Positions 50,911 through 60,925 of a stretch of DNA of 64,000 nucleotides are shown here, one piece after another. Under the pieces are notes generated by a model that saw only the letters and a program-made list of their open reading frames with translations, made no database searches and was not told the origin of the DNA. The DNA comes from an uncultured Alphaproteobacteria bacterium. GTDB taxonomy: Bacteria > Pseudomonadota > Alphaproteobacteria > Acetobacterales > Acetobacteraceae. Location: NCBI GenBank assembly GCA_963756975.1, contig CAVWPS010000002.1, positions 474,507-538,506 on the forward strand, written 5' to 3'. The number at the start of each line of letters is the position of its first letter. Positions within the stretch are counted from its first letter, which is position 1. Position numbers and translations under genes: made by a program.

Positions 50911-51906
50911 TTATGCGATGACGACGCCATGGACGAACTCCTCACCGCCCTACGGGCTTGCGCCGAACCGACGCGGCTGCGGCTGCTCGCGCTGGCCGCG
51001 CGCGGCGCGTTCTGCGTGATGGATTTGGTGGCCATTCTCGGCCAATCCCAGCCCCGCCTGTCGCGCCACCTCCGGCTGCTCGACGAGGCCGGGCTGCTGG
51101 ACCGCACGCGCGAGGGGGCGAACGTCTGGCTCGGCCTGCCCGCCGCCGGAACGCCCGCCGGCAGCCTGGTCCGCGACCTGCTGGCGCGCCTGCCGGGCGA
51201 CGACCCGGTGCTGCTGGCCGATCGCCGCGCCGCCGCCCGCGTGCTGGCCGAGCGGGCGCGCGTCGCCACCGCCGCATTCCAGCGCGCCGGCTCCACCTGG
51301 GACGAGGCCCGGGCACTCGGGCTCGACGCGGTCGCCATCGAGGCGGCGCTACTCGACGCGCTGCCCGCGAACGTCGGCCGGCTGCTCGACATCGGCACCG
51401 GCACCGGCCGCCTGCTCGAACTCCTCGCCCGCCGGGCCGCGAGTGCGGTCGGCGTCGACGCGAGCCGGGCAATGCTGGCGCTGGCCCGCGGACGGCTCGC
51501 GTCGCTCGGTGATGGCGACGGCGAGGTCGGCGTGCGGCAAGGCGACATGTACCGGCTGCCGTTCGCGGATGCGGCCTTCGACGTCGCCATCATGCACATG
51601 CTCCTCCATCACGCCGACGATCCGGCCGCCGCCGTGGCCGAGGCCGCGCGCGTCCTGGTCCCCGGCGGAACTCTTGTCGTCATCGATCTGGCACCACATT
51701 CGGGCGGGAACATGACCGGCCACCTCGCCCATCGCCACGCCGGCTTCTCCGACGCCACGATCGCCAGCCTGTTCGCCGCCGCCGGGCTGCGACGGCCGGA
51801 AACCACGACCATCGCCGGCCCGATCGACGTTCGCGTCTGGGCCACGCAGACCTCCCGGCCCAACTCCGCCTCGCGTGAACAGACCTTCGCACTGGAAACC
51901 CGATGA
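50905..51906 (+). CDS. ArsR/SmtB-family HTH regulator fused to a class-I SAM-dependent methyltransferase
   Basis: N-terminal LRACAEPTRLRLLALAARGAFCVMDLVAILGQSQPRLSRHLRLLDEAGLLDRTREG (ArsR wHTH). C-terminal LLDIGTGTGRLLELLA (SAM motif I) and VIMHMLLHH. Stop overlaps the metH start (ATGA). Alternative start at 50928. Confidence 0.8.
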   Translation: MSLCDDDAMDELLTALRACAEPTRLRLLALAARGAFCVMDLVAILGQSQPRLSRHLRLLDEAGLLDRTREGANVWLGLPAAGTPAGSLVRDLLARLPGDDPVLLADRRAAARVLAERARVATAAFQRAGSTWDEARALGLDAVAIEAALLDALPANVGRLLDIGTGTGRLLELLARRAASAVGVDASRAMLALARGRLASLGDGDGEVGVRQGDMYRLPFADAAFDVAIMHMLLHHADDPAAAVAEAARVLVPGGTLVVIDLAPHSGGNMTGHLAHRHAGFSDATIASLFAAAGLRRPETTTIAGPIDVRVWATQTSRPNSASREQTFALETR

Positions 51907-54900
51907 CCCGCCCCACCCTGCTCGATGCGCTGCGCGACCGCGTGCTGTTGTGCGACGGCGGCATGGGCAGCCGCGTCCAGGCGCTGACGCTCGATGTGAA
52001 GGCCGATTACTGGGACCGCGAGAACTGCACCGAGGTGCTGAACCTGTCCCGCCCCGACATGGTCCGCGACATCCATCGCGGCTACTTCGCGGCCGGTGCC
52101 GACATGGTCGAGACCAACAGCTTCGGCGGCAGCCCGATCACCCTCGCGGAATTCGACCTCGAGGACCGCACGCACGAGATCAACCGCATCGCCGGCGAAC
52201 TCGCCCGCGAAGCCGCCGACAGCTTTGCGGATGGGCGGCATCGCTACGTGCTGGGCTCGATCGGCCCGGGCACGAAACTCCCGTCGCTCGGCAACATCGC
52301 CTACGACCCGCTGGAAGCCGCCCTGTTCGCGCAATCCGCCGGCCTGATCGCGGGCGGGGTCGACGCGATCCTGATCGAGACGTGCCAGGACACGTTGCAG
52401 ATCAAGGCCGCCGTCAACGGGGCCAAACGCGCCCGCGCCGCCGCCGGCACGCAGACCCCGATCTTCGTCCAGGTCACGGTCGAGACCACCGGCACGCTGC
52501 TGGTCGGCCCCGACATCGCCGCCGCCGCCACGGTGATCCGCGCGCTGGACGTGCCGCTGATGGGCCTGAACTGCGCCACGGGGCCACAGGAGATGGCCGA
52601 GCACGTCCGCTGGATCGCCCAGAACTGGCCCGGCCTGATCTCGGTCCAGCCCAACGCGGGCCTGCCCGAACTGGTCGACGGCCAGACCCACTACCCGCTG
52701 GGTGCGTCCGAAATGGCGAGCTGGGTCGAGCGGTTCGTGGCCGAGGACGGGGTCAACCTGATCGGCGGCTGCTGCGGCACCTCGATCGAGCACATCTCCG
52801 CACTCGACCAGATGCTGCGTAAGCGCGGCGAATACCGGCCGGCCCCGGTGGTCCGAACCGTGCACTGGGTGCCGGCGGTGGCGAGCCTGTACCAGCAGGT
52901 GCCGTTGCGGCAGGAGAACAGCTACTTCTCCATCGGCGAGCGCTGCAACGCGAACGGCAGCCGCAAATGGCGCGAGCTGCAGGAGCGTCACGACTGGGAC
53001 GCGGCGGTCGCGATGGGCCGCGAGCAGGTCGCCGAGGGATCGAACAGCCTCGACGTCTGCACCGCCTTCGTCGGGCGCGACGAAGTGGCCGAAATGGACG
53101 CGGTGATCCGCCGCTTCACCAGCTCGGTGAACAGCCCGCTGGTGGTCGACAGCACCGAGCTGATCGTCCTCGAAAGTGCGCTGAAACTGCACGGCGGCCG
53201 GCCGATCCTGAACTCGATCAACTTCGAGGACGGCGATGCCCCGGCCGAGGCCCGCATGCGCCTCGCACGCACGCACGGGGCCGCGGTGATCGCGCTCACC
53301 ATCGACGAGGAGGGCATGGCCAAGACGCCGGAGCGCAAGCTCGCGGTCGCCGAACGCCTGGTCGCCTTCGCCTGCGACACCCACGGCCTGTCGCAGGGCG
53401 ACCTGCTGATCGACCCGCTGACGTTCACGGTCGCGACCGGCAGCGAGGACGACCGCAAGCTCGGCCAATGGACGCTGGAAGGCATCGCCGCGATCCGCGC
53501 GCGCTTCCCCGACGTGCAGATCATCCTCGGCCTGTCCAACATCAGCTTCGGCCTGAACCCGGCCGCCCGTGCCGTGGTGAACTCGGTGTTCCTCGACCAC
53601 GCCGTCCGCGCCGGCATGACCGGTGCGATCGTGCATGTCAGCAAGATCAAGCCGCTGCACCTGATCCCGGCTGAAGAAGTGAAGATCGCCGAAGACCTGA
53701 TCTACGACCGCCGGCGCGAGGATTACGACCCGCTGCAGGCGCTGCTCGCCCTGTTCGCCGACCGCAAGCTCGCCGATACCGGCAAGAAGCAGCGCGCGGA
53801 GACGATCGAGGGGCGGCTGAAAGACCGGATCGTCGACGGCGACCGCAAGGGGCTGAACGAGGAACTCGACGAGGCGCTGGCCACCATCCCGCCGCTGTCG
53901 ATCATCAACGACGTACTGCTCGACGGCATGAAGGTCGTCGGCGAGCTGTTCGGGTCCGGCAAGATGCAGCTTCCGTTCGTGCTGCAATCGGCCGAGACGA
54001 TGAAGGCCGCCGTGGCGCACCTGGAACCGCACATGGAGCGCATCGCGGGGCAGGAGAAAGGCACGATCGTGCTCGCCACCGTGAAGGGCGACGTGCACGA
54101 CATCGGCAAGAACCTCGTCGACATCATCCTGACCAACAACGGCTACCGGGTGGTCAACCTCGGCATCAAGGTCCCGCTCGCCGACATGATCGCGGCCGCC
54201 AAGACGAACCATGCGCACGCGATCGGCATGTCCGGGCTGCTGGTGAAGTCGACCGTGGTGATGCGCGAGAACCTCGAGGAGATGAGCCGCCAAGGGCTCG
54301 ACATCCCGGTGATGCTCGGCGGTGCGGCGCTCACCCGCAACTACGTCGAGGACGATTGCGTCGCGGCCTACGCCAGCGGCCGTGTCGCCTATGCGCGCGA
54401 CGCGTTCGACGGCCTGCATTTGATGGACCGTGTCACCGGCAACGGCTTCGACGACTACCTCGCGGCATTGCAGGCCAAGCGCGTCGGCAAGGCGCGCAAC
54501 ACGCAACGCTCGCTCGGCCAGGCGAGTGCCGCCGCCTTCAAGCCGGTCGACATCGTGGCCACCCAGGCGCGCCGCCGCCGCATCACCGAGAGCGTGCCGG
54601 TGATCGAGCCGCCGTTCTGGGGTCCGCGCATGATCGAGAGCGACCCGCGCGCGATCGTGCCGTTCATCAACGAGCGCAGCCTGTATCAATTCCAGTGGGG
54701 CTTCAAAAAGCAGGGCCGCACGCTCGACGACTTCCTCGGCTGGGCGAAGCAGGAGCTGCGGCCGGTGATGAAGCGGATGCTCGCGATCACCGAGGCGGAA
54801 AACATCCTGCGGCCGCAAGCGATCTACGGGTATTGGAAAGCCGCCGGGCAGGGCAACGACCTGATCCTGTTCGACCAGGACGGCACGACCGAACTGTGCC

Positions 54901-55388
54901 GCTTCGCGCTGCCCCGCCAGCCGCGCGAGGACGGCGAGTGCATCGCCGATTTCGTCCGCGACGTGGACGATGCCGAGCGCGACGTGATCGGGCTGCAGAT
55001 CGTGACCGTCGGCCAGAAAGCCAGCGACACGGCGCGCGCGTGGTTCGACGACAACCGGTATCAGGATTACCTGTACCTGCACGGCCTGTCGGTCGAGATG
55101 GCCGAAGCGATGGCCGAATACACGCACAAGCGCATCCGCGCCGAACTCGGCCACGCGAACGAGGATTCGCGCGACCTGGAGGCGATGCTGGCGCAGGCCT
55201 ATCGCGGCAGCCGCTACTCGTTCGGCTACCCCGCCTGCCCGAATATCGAGGATCAGGCGCCGCTGCTGAAACTGCTGGACGCGGACCGGATCGGCGTCTC
55301 GATCTCGGACGAGTGGCAGTTGCACCCGGAGCAGTCGACGAGTGCGATCGTCATCCTGAACCCGAAGGCGAAATATTTTTCGGTCTGA
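51903..55388 (+). CDS. metH: Cobalamin-dependent methionine synthase
   Basis: 1161 aa. Homocysteine-binding (VLLCDGGMGS), pterin-binding, B12-binding (GDVHDIGKNLV, the DxHxxG motif) and C-terminal AdoMet-activation domains are all present. Confidence 0.95.
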   Translation: MTRPTLLDALRDRVLLCDGGMGSRVQALTLDVKADYWDRENCTEVLNLSRPDMVRDIHRGYFAAGADMVETNSFGGSPITLAEFDLEDRTHEINRIAGELAREAADSFADGRHRYVLGSIGPGTKLPSLGNIAYDPLEAALFAQSAGLIAGGVDAILIETCQDTLQIKAAVNGAKRARAAAGTQTPIFVQVTVETTGTLLVGPDIAAAATVIRALDVPLMGLNCATGPQEMAEHVRWIAQNWPGLISVQPNAGLPELVDGQTHYPLGASEMASWVERFVAEDGVNLIGGCCGTSIEHISALDQMLRKRGEYRPAPVVRTVHWVPAVASLYQQVPLRQENSYFSIGERCNANGSRKWRELQERHDWDAAVAMGREQVAEGSNSLDVCTAFVGRDEVAEMDAVIRRFTSSVNSPLVVDSTELIVLESALKLHGGRPILNSINFEDGDAPAEARMRLARTHGAAVIALTIDEEGMAKTPERKLAVAERLVAFACDTHGLSQGDLLIDPLTFTVATGSEDDRKLGQWTLEGIAAIRARFPDVQIILGLSNISFGLNPAARAVVNSVFLDHAVRAGMTGAIVHVSKIKPLHLIPAEEVKIAEDLIYDRRREDYDPLQALLALFADRKLADTGKKQRAETIEGRLKDRIVDGDRKGLNEELDEALATIPPLSIINDVLLDGMKVVGELFGSGKMQLPFVLQSAETMKAAVAHLEPHMERIAGQEKGTIVLATVKGDVHDIGKNLVDIILTNNGYRVVNLGIKVPLADMIAAAKTNHAHAIGMSGLLVKSTVVMRENLEEMSRQGLDIPVMLGGAALTRNYVEDDCVAAYASGRVAYARDAFDGLHLMDRVTGNGFDDYLAALQAKRVGKARNTQRSLGQASAAAFKPVDIVATQARRRRITESVPVIEPPFWGPRMIESDPRAIVPFINERSLYQFQWGFKKQGRTLDDFLGWAKQELRPVMKRMLAITEAENILRPQAIYGYWKAAGQGNDLILFDQDGTTELCRFALPRQPREDGECIADFVRDVDDAERDVIGLQIVTVGQKASDTARAWFDDNRYQDYLYLHGLSVEMAEAMAEYTHKRIRAELGHANEDSRDLEAMLAQAYRGSRYSFGYPACPNIEDQAPLLKLLDADRIGVSISDEWQLHPEQSTSAIVILNPKAKYFSV

Positions 55389-55396
55389 CGCAAGCG

Positions 55397-55481
55397 CCCC
55401 TCACCCCGGCCCTCTCCCAAGGGAGAGGGAGAGCACTTCTCCCTCTCCCGGCTTATGGGAGAGGGCCGGGGTGAGGGTCCA
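55397..55481. repeat. REP-like compound palindromic repeat, copy 3
   Basis: CCCCTCACCCCGGCCCTCTCCC-aa-GGGAGAGGGA...TCCCTCTCCC-ggcttat-GGGAGAGGGCCGGGGTGAGGG, immediately 3' of the metH stop. Confidence 0.6.
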
Positions 55482-55554
55482 CGATTGCCGAGCAAGCCCC
55501 GAGACGCGTAACCCGCCCGCGTACGCCAAAACACTCCCACCAAGGGAGACCGCC

Positions 55555-56608
55555 ATGACCCCAGACCCCGTCCGACTCGCCGCCATCCGGGCGCGGGACG
55601 CCAGCGCCGACGGCAAGTTCGTCTACGCCGTCACCACGACGGGCGTGTACCTGTCGCCCCTCCTGCGCCGCCCGCCCGGCCCGCGCCGAGAACGTCCGCT
55701 TCTTCGCGGCGAACGAAGACGCCGAGCGGGCAAACTTCCGCCCCTGCAAGCGCTGCCGCCCGGACCTGCCGCCGAAGGCCGAACGCGAGGCCGCCATCGT
55801 CGCCGATGCGTGCCGCCGGATCGAGGCCGCCGAGGAGCCGCCCACGCTCGCCGACCTCGCGGCCGAGGCGAAGCTCAGCCCGTTCCACTTCCACCGCCTG
55901 TTCCGCCGCATCGCCGGGGTGACGCCAAAGGCCTACGCCGACGCGAGCCGCGCCCGCCGCGTCACCGACGGCCTTCGCGCCGGGGCCAGCGTCACGTCGG
56001 CCCTGTTCGATGCCGGCTACAACTCCGCCGGGCGGTTCTACGACGCGGCCGGCGACATGCTCGGCATGAAGCCGGCCGTGTTCCGCGCCGGCGGACCGGG
56101 CGAGGTCATTCGTCACGCCACCGGCCACAGCACGCTGGGCCTCGTCCTGGTCGCCGCGACCGCGCGCGGCGTATGCGCGATCCTGCTCGGCGATACCGAG
56201 GCCGACCTGCTGACGGATCTGTCCTCGCGCTTTCCTCGCGCGACGCTGCAAGCCCCCGACCCCGGGTTGACCGAAATGCTTGGCGACGTGATCGCCCACG
56301 TCGACGGCACAGCCTCTCACGATCTGCCGCTGGACATTCAAGGCACCGCATTCCAGCGCCGCGTCTGGGAAATCCTGCGCACCATCCCGGCCGGCGAGAC
56401 GATCAGCTACGCGGCGGTCGCGAACCGGCTCGGCCAGCCCACCGCCGCGCGCGCGGTCGCGGGCGCCTGTGCCGCGAATCCGCTCGCCGTGGTCGTTCCG
56501 TGCCACCGCGTCGTCGCGGCCGGTGGCGGGCTCGCCGGCTATCGCTGGGGCCTCCCGCGCAAGCGCAAGCTGCTCGCGCGGGAGGCTTCCGTCAGGGAGC
56601 CGGCTTAG
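55555..56608 (+). pseudogene. ada: Bifunctional Ada (methylphosphotriester-DNA methyltransferase/AraC regulator + O6-methylguanine-DNA methyltransferase), 1-nt insertion near 55648
   Basis: ATG at 55555 after AGGGAG gives MTPDPVRLAAIRARDASADGKFVYAVTTTGVY. In the +1 frame it continues CRPSCAARPARAENVRFFAANEDAERANFRPCKRCRPD (Ada Zn-Cys4 domain) and LSPFHFHRLFRRIAGVTPKAY (AraC HTH). An MGMT domain follows with VVPCHRVV (PCHR active site). Removing one c in tac[c]tgtcg joins the frames. Confidence 0.7.
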
Positions 56609-56849
56609 CCGACGCCATCAGCTTGTCGGCGTGGTCGATCGCCTCCTTGCACTCGTCGTCGTCGGCCTCGCCGGCCTCCTTCAACGCGCGCGTGATGTCG
56701 AACTCGACCAGCTTGCGAACCTGCGGATTGGCGACCGTCTGCGACGACGCCTTCAGCCGCGTGATGTCGGACGTGCAATCCGCCCGGGCCACGCCGGCCG
56801 CGAGCACGACCGCGACCGCCGCACCGGCGATGATGGTGGCGATGTTCAT
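56592..56849 (-). CDS. Small secreted hypothetical protein (two Cys)
   Basis: Signal peptide MNIATIIAGAAVAVVLAAGVARA, then a ~60-aa mature region with C...C. Immediately downstream of and co-oriented with the beta-propeller/phosphoesterase gene. Confidence 0.4.
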   Translation of the reverse strand: MNIATIIAGAAVAVVLAAGVARADCTSDITRLKASSQTVANPQVRKLVEFDITRALKEAGEADDDECKEAIDHADKLMASAKPAP

Positions 56850-56853
56850 CCGA

Positions 56854-59835
56854 TCACTCTCCCGCGACATGGCTGAGATCCTTGCCGTCGCGCACCGTCG
56901 GATACGGCGCGCCGTTGCGCATCCCGTCCCACACGATCCGGTTGAACAAGTCGGCCGGAATACGATCCTCCTCGGTCCAGTCGAAGCCCACCGTCTGCGC
57001 GTCCCACCAGGCCGGCGTATGGGTCGGCAGCAGCGTCGTGAGGCCGGCGAACTCCGACGGCGCCATCAGCGAGGCCGACGTCTTGTTCAGGTACGGCGAC
57101 GGCTGGGCCTTGAACGTCCACTGCGCCTGGCCGAGGTCGAAGATGTCGGTCATCGGCGCGAGATACGCGTCGTTCAGGTTCAGATGGTCGATGCCGAGCA
57201 CGTCCTCGATCGTGCGCAGCATGTTGACCGTCGTGTAGCGCGTGCTGACCACGGCGTGCTGCTTCACGTACGGGCCGACGACGTAGGCGGTGCTGCGGTG
57301 CGCGTCGACGTGGTCGGGGCCGTCCTGCGAGTCGTCCTCGATCACGAAGATCAGCGTGTCGGCGGCATACGGGCTGTTCGCGACCGTCTGCACCAGCAGG
57401 CCGACCGCGTAGTCGTTATCCGCCTGCTGCGTCTCGGGCGTGTTGAAGCCGTCGATCGCGGACCCGAACGAGCCCATGTGGTCGTGCATCAGGCGAACCA
57501 GCGACAGGTTCGGCAGGTTGTTGCCGGCCACATACCCGTTGAACTCGCGCTGCCACTCGGCGAAGCGGAACACGTCCGGGAAGCTGTTGTCGAAGCCGCG
57601 GAAATACGGGTCGGTGACCGGCCGCAGCGTCGGGTTGGTGCTGTAGGCGACGACGGTGCGGGCCGCGTACGGGTCTTCCAGCAACGGGATCTGCAACTGC
57701 GGGGTCGGTCCGAAATAGCGGGTCAGGTCGAGCAGGAAGCCGTAGTTGCGGACGGTCAGCCCGGCGCGCTTGGCGCTGTCCCACAGATAGCCGCTCTCCT
57801 TCGGCGTCCCCTGCGGACCATCCGGCGCGCCGGAATTGTTGGTGCCCGGCAGCAGGTTCGCCGTGCCGCCCGGAAGCTGCGAGGTGACCGCGCTGTAGAC
57901 CGGCAGCGCCTTGTCGCGACCGGCCGTGGTGGCGATCCCGACATCGACGTTGCGGTTCTGCCCCTCGCTCTCGTACGGCGCGCCGCGCGAGGTGCCGAGC
58001 GTCGGGCTGGTCGAGTAGTTGAGCGGGATGTCCTTCGTCACCGTGTCGGTCTCGCGCGCCGAGGTCGACCACGCCCAGCCGTTGCCGCTCACCTCGCCGC
58101 TGTCGAAGAAATTGTCGAGCGTGGTGAAGTTCGTGCTGATGTTGTGGAAGTTCGGCGTCACCGTCTTGCCGAACACCGTCAGCGACTTGTCGCCGTTGGC
58201 CCCCGGAATATCGCCGAGCACCTGATCGTAGGTGCGGTTCTCTTTGACGATGTAGATCACGTGATGGATTTTCGCGTGCAGCGCGGTCATGACCGCCGCG
58301 TCGCGCGGATCGGGTGCCACGTTGTAGCGGTTGTTGGACGCGACCTGCTGCGTGAGGTTTGGCAGGTCGGCGGCCTTCGGCGTCGGGAACGCCAGCAGAC
58401 CCGCCTGTTCGAGCTGGAAGACGTACTGGTTGGCCGCATACGCCTCGTTGTTCGCCACCGAGTTGCCCTGCGGGTACGTCTTGCCGGTCAGGTTCGCGGT
58501 GGCACCGGTCAGGTTCTTGGTGTTCGGGCCCGGGTCGCTCTTGGCGTTGACGACGTAGATCATCCCGCCGTTCGCGCCGACGCTGACCGCGTTCGGATAC
58601 CAGCCGGTCGGCACCAGCCCGACCACCGTGTCGGCCTGCGGCCCGGTCAGCGCGATCACGGCGAGCGAGTTGGCGCCGCCGTTGGTGACGTACAGCATGG
58701 TCCCGTCCGGCGACACGGCGAGGTTGTTCGCCGCCGCCCCGGTGTACCGCTCCTGCCGCGCCAGCAGGCCGGCCGGCGCGATCGTGTCGATCTCCTTGCG
58801 GACCACGTTCTTCGCCGTGTCGATCATGGCGACGCGGTCGGCGTTATCCTGCGTGACGTACAGCTCGTCCTGCGTGATCGAGTTGTTGAACACCATGCTG
58901 TTCGGGTTGCCCGACAGCTTGATCCGCTCGATCAGCTGCGGTGCCGCGCCGGAGATGTCGACGACCACCACTTCGCGGTCGCGGATGCTGGAGACGTACG
59001 CGGTGCCGTCGCCCTTGAGCGCCACCGTGAACGGCGTCTCGCCGCCGGCCACACCGTTGCCGGTCGCGGGCGTCGTGTTGAACGGCCGCAGATCGTATTC
59101 GAATTTCTTGGTCCGCGTCGCCGTGTCGATCACGCTGATCGAGTCGTTGTACATGTTCGCGGCCACCAGCGTCTTGCCGCTCGGCGACAGCGCCAGGCCC
59201 GCGACCACCGGCTGCTGCAACAGGCCGTTGCCGCCGCTCAGGAACGGGTTGCCGGCCGGTGCGGCGTGGCCGAGCGGAATGCCCGACCCCTCGGTCCAGC
59301 GGCCCGCGCCGCCCGGGGTTTTGGTGAAGACGTGGATCAGGTCGTCGACGCCGCCCGAGGCGTAGAAGGTCAAGCCGTCCGGCGCGTAGACGAGGCCGAC
59401 ATAGGTGTCGGGCACCTTGATCACCTGAACCAGCTTCGGCTTGCCGGCGTTCGCGCCGGCGATGTCGTAGACGAACACGTATTCGGTCGAGTTCGCCGCG
59501 TCGAAATTGCCGAGCTGCGGGCCGTTCGGAAAGTTCAGGTTGTTGTAGCCGCTGGTCATCACCAGCAGCTCGGTCTGGTTGGCGTTGACCGCCGTCTTGA
59601 TCCCGCCATTCGCGCGGTAGCCGGGGTAGTCCTTCAGGAACGGGTTCAGCCGGGTGAACACCGCGCCGGTCGCGGCGGTCGGGCTGATGAACTGGCCCGT
59701 CGGGACCGGGCTCTGAATCGGGTTCTCCATCTTGCCGTCGCCCACGTCGGCGCGGGCCACGCCGGCGACGCCGGCCCAAATGGTCGCGGCCAGCAGGGCG
59801 GCACGCACGGTCGAGGCGACGCGCATTTCGGTCAT
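56854..59835 (-). CDS. Secreted bifunctional beta-propeller (YVTN/lactonase-type repeats) - phosphoesterase family (phospholipase C / acid phosphatase AcpA-like) protein
   Basis: 993 aa with signal peptide MRVASTVRAALLAATIWAGVAGVARA. The N-terminal ~450 aa carry repeated LAVSPDGTMLYVTNGGANSLAVI-type propeller blades. The C-terminal half has HVIYIVKENRTYDQVLGD and EDDSQDGPDHVDAHRS, the phosphoesterase (PF04185-type) signatures. Confidence 0.75.
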   Translation of the reverse strand: MTEMRVASTVRAALLAATIWAGVAGVARADVGDGKMENPIQSPVPTGQFISPTAATGAVFTRLNPFLKDYPGYRANGGIKTAVNANQTELLVMTSGYNNLNFPNGPQLGNFDAANSTEYVFVYDIAGANAGKPKLVQVIKVPDTYVGLVYAPDGLTFYASGGVDDLIHVFTKTPGGAGRWTEGSGIPLGHAAPAGNPFLSGGNGLLQQPVVAGLALSPSGKTLVAANMYNDSISVIDTATRTKKFEYDLRPFNTTPATGNGVAGGETPFTVALKGDGTAYVSSIRDREVVVVDISGAAPQLIERIKLSGNPNSMVFNNSITQDELYVTQDNADRVAMIDTAKNVVRKEIDTIAPAGLLARQERYTGAAANNLAVSPDGTMLYVTNGGANSLAVIALTGPQADTVVGLVPTGWYPNAVSVGANGGMIYVVNAKSDPGPNTKNLTGATANLTGKTYPQGNSVANNEAYAANQYVFQLEQAGLLAFPTPKAADLPNLTQQVASNNRYNVAPDPRDAAVMTALHAKIHHVIYIVKENRTYDQVLGDIPGANGDKSLTVFGKTVTPNFHNISTNFTTLDNFFDSGEVSGNGWAWSTSARETDTVTKDIPLNYSTSPTLGTSRGAPYESEGQNRNVDVGIATTAGRDKALPVYSAVTSQLPGGTANLLPGTNNSGAPDGPQGTPKESGYLWDSAKRAGLTVRNYGFLLDLTRYFGPTPQLQIPLLEDPYAARTVVAYSTNPTLRPVTDPYFRGFDNSFPDVFRFAEWQREFNGYVAGNNLPNLSLVRLMHDHMGSFGSAIDGFNTPETQQADNDYAVGLLVQTVANSPYAADTLIFVIEDDSQDGPDHVDAHRSTAYVVGPYVKQHAVVSTRYTTVNMLRTIEDVLGIDHLNLNDAYLAPMTDIFDLGQAQWTFKAQPSPYLNKTSASLMAPSEFAGLTTLLPTHTPAWWDAQTVGFDWTEEDRIPADLFNRIVWDGMRNGAPYPTVRDGKDLSHVAGE

Positions 59836-60012
59836 GGGGGCTTCCTGTCGATGGGTGGCGGAACCTGCCGTGCCCGCGACGCGCCCGGCAAGCGTCCGGC
59901 GATGACCGTTTCAAGACGATAACGGACCGATCCGGCGGCCCGGCGGCAAGGCGGCATTGCGTCGGTGCGGCCGAGACGGCAATTTGACCCTATCGACATG
60001 GTGGGAAACGCG

Positions 60013-60921
60013 ATGAGAGGTCGGATACGCGCCCTCGCGGCCGCGTTGCTCGTTGCCGTGGCCGGGTGCGCCACGGTCCGGCCCGCCGCCGAGCAGCCGT
60101 TCGCGTCCGAGGCCTCGCGGCTGGCGGGCTATCAGGCGCTATCCGCCTACGGTGCCGCCCAGCCGCGCACGATCGACGCGGCTGCGGTCACTTACACGGG
60201 CGATGCCGGGCATCTCGCGACGAGTTCGGTCGTTCATCTGGTATTCGACGACACCGTCTTCTTCGACAGCGGATCGGACGTGCCGCTCCCGGCCAGCCAG
60301 TCGGTGCTCGACGTGCTCGCGAAAAACCTGCGCCGTGACGGGTCGGCGACCCAGCTCACCGTCGTCGGCCATACCGACGCGGTGGGCGGCGACGACTACA
60401 ATCTCGGGCTGTCCCGGCGGCGCGCGACCAGCGTGATCGCGGCCCTGGCGGGTCGCGGGATCGCGCACAGCGAACTCTCGGCGGTGGCGATGGGCAAAAA
60501 CCAGCCGGTCGCTCCGAACGACACCGAGTCCGGCCGCGCCCAGAACCGCCGCGTGGAATTCTTCATCTCGCCCGATGTGCGCGCCAACGCGGCCGCGATC
60601 GGCGCGACGCCCGAGACGATGGCGCTGCTCGGCCCCGGGGCCGCCCCGGCCGCGTCGGTGTCGCTGTTCCGCCTCGGACCCGACACCGGCTCCGTCGCCA
60701 TCCCGCTCACCGTCGTCGCGGCCCAAATGCCCCCGCCCGCCGCCGTCGCGCAGCAGCCGATCGCCGCGCCGCCGCCGAGGGCCGCCGCCCCGAGGCCGCG
60801 CCCCACGACACCGCCGGTCTCGCGCATCCGTCCGGTCACGCCCGGCCCGCCCGAAAACCTGAAACCGGTCATCCCCGACAGCGTCGCGCCGGCCCCGCTC
60901 GGCCCGCCGCAGACATTTTAG
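60013..60921 (+). CDS. OmpA-family lipoprotein (peptidoglycan-binding OmpA/MotB C-domain) with Pro-rich C-terminal tail
   Basis: Lipobox LLVAVAGC. OmpA-like domain TVVGHTDAVGGDDYNLGLSRRRATSV...NRRVEF. The ORF-track start is 59965. Confidence 0.75.
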   Translation: MRGRIRALAAALLVAVAGCATVRPAAEQPFASEASRLAGYQALSAYGAAQPRTIDAAAVTYTGDAGHLATSSVVHLVFDDTVFFDSGSDVPLPASQSVLDVLAKNLRRDGSATQLTVVGHTDAVGGDDYNLGLSRRRATSVIAALAGRGIAHSELSAVAMGKNQPVAPNDTESGRAQNRRVEFFISPDVRANAAAIGATPETMALLGPGAAPAASVSLFRLGPDTGSVAIPLTVVAAQMPPPAAVAQQPIAAPPPRAAAPRPRPTTPPVSRIRPVTPGPPENLKPVIPDSVAPAPLGPPQTF

Positions 60922-60925
60922 AACC

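Noticed and set aside
55471-59922. 1483-aa + strand ORF
   Set aside because: A composite of the ada 5' region, REP-repeat read-through and antisense of the propeller-phosphoesterase gene. Ada is resolved as 55555-56608 with a frameshift.
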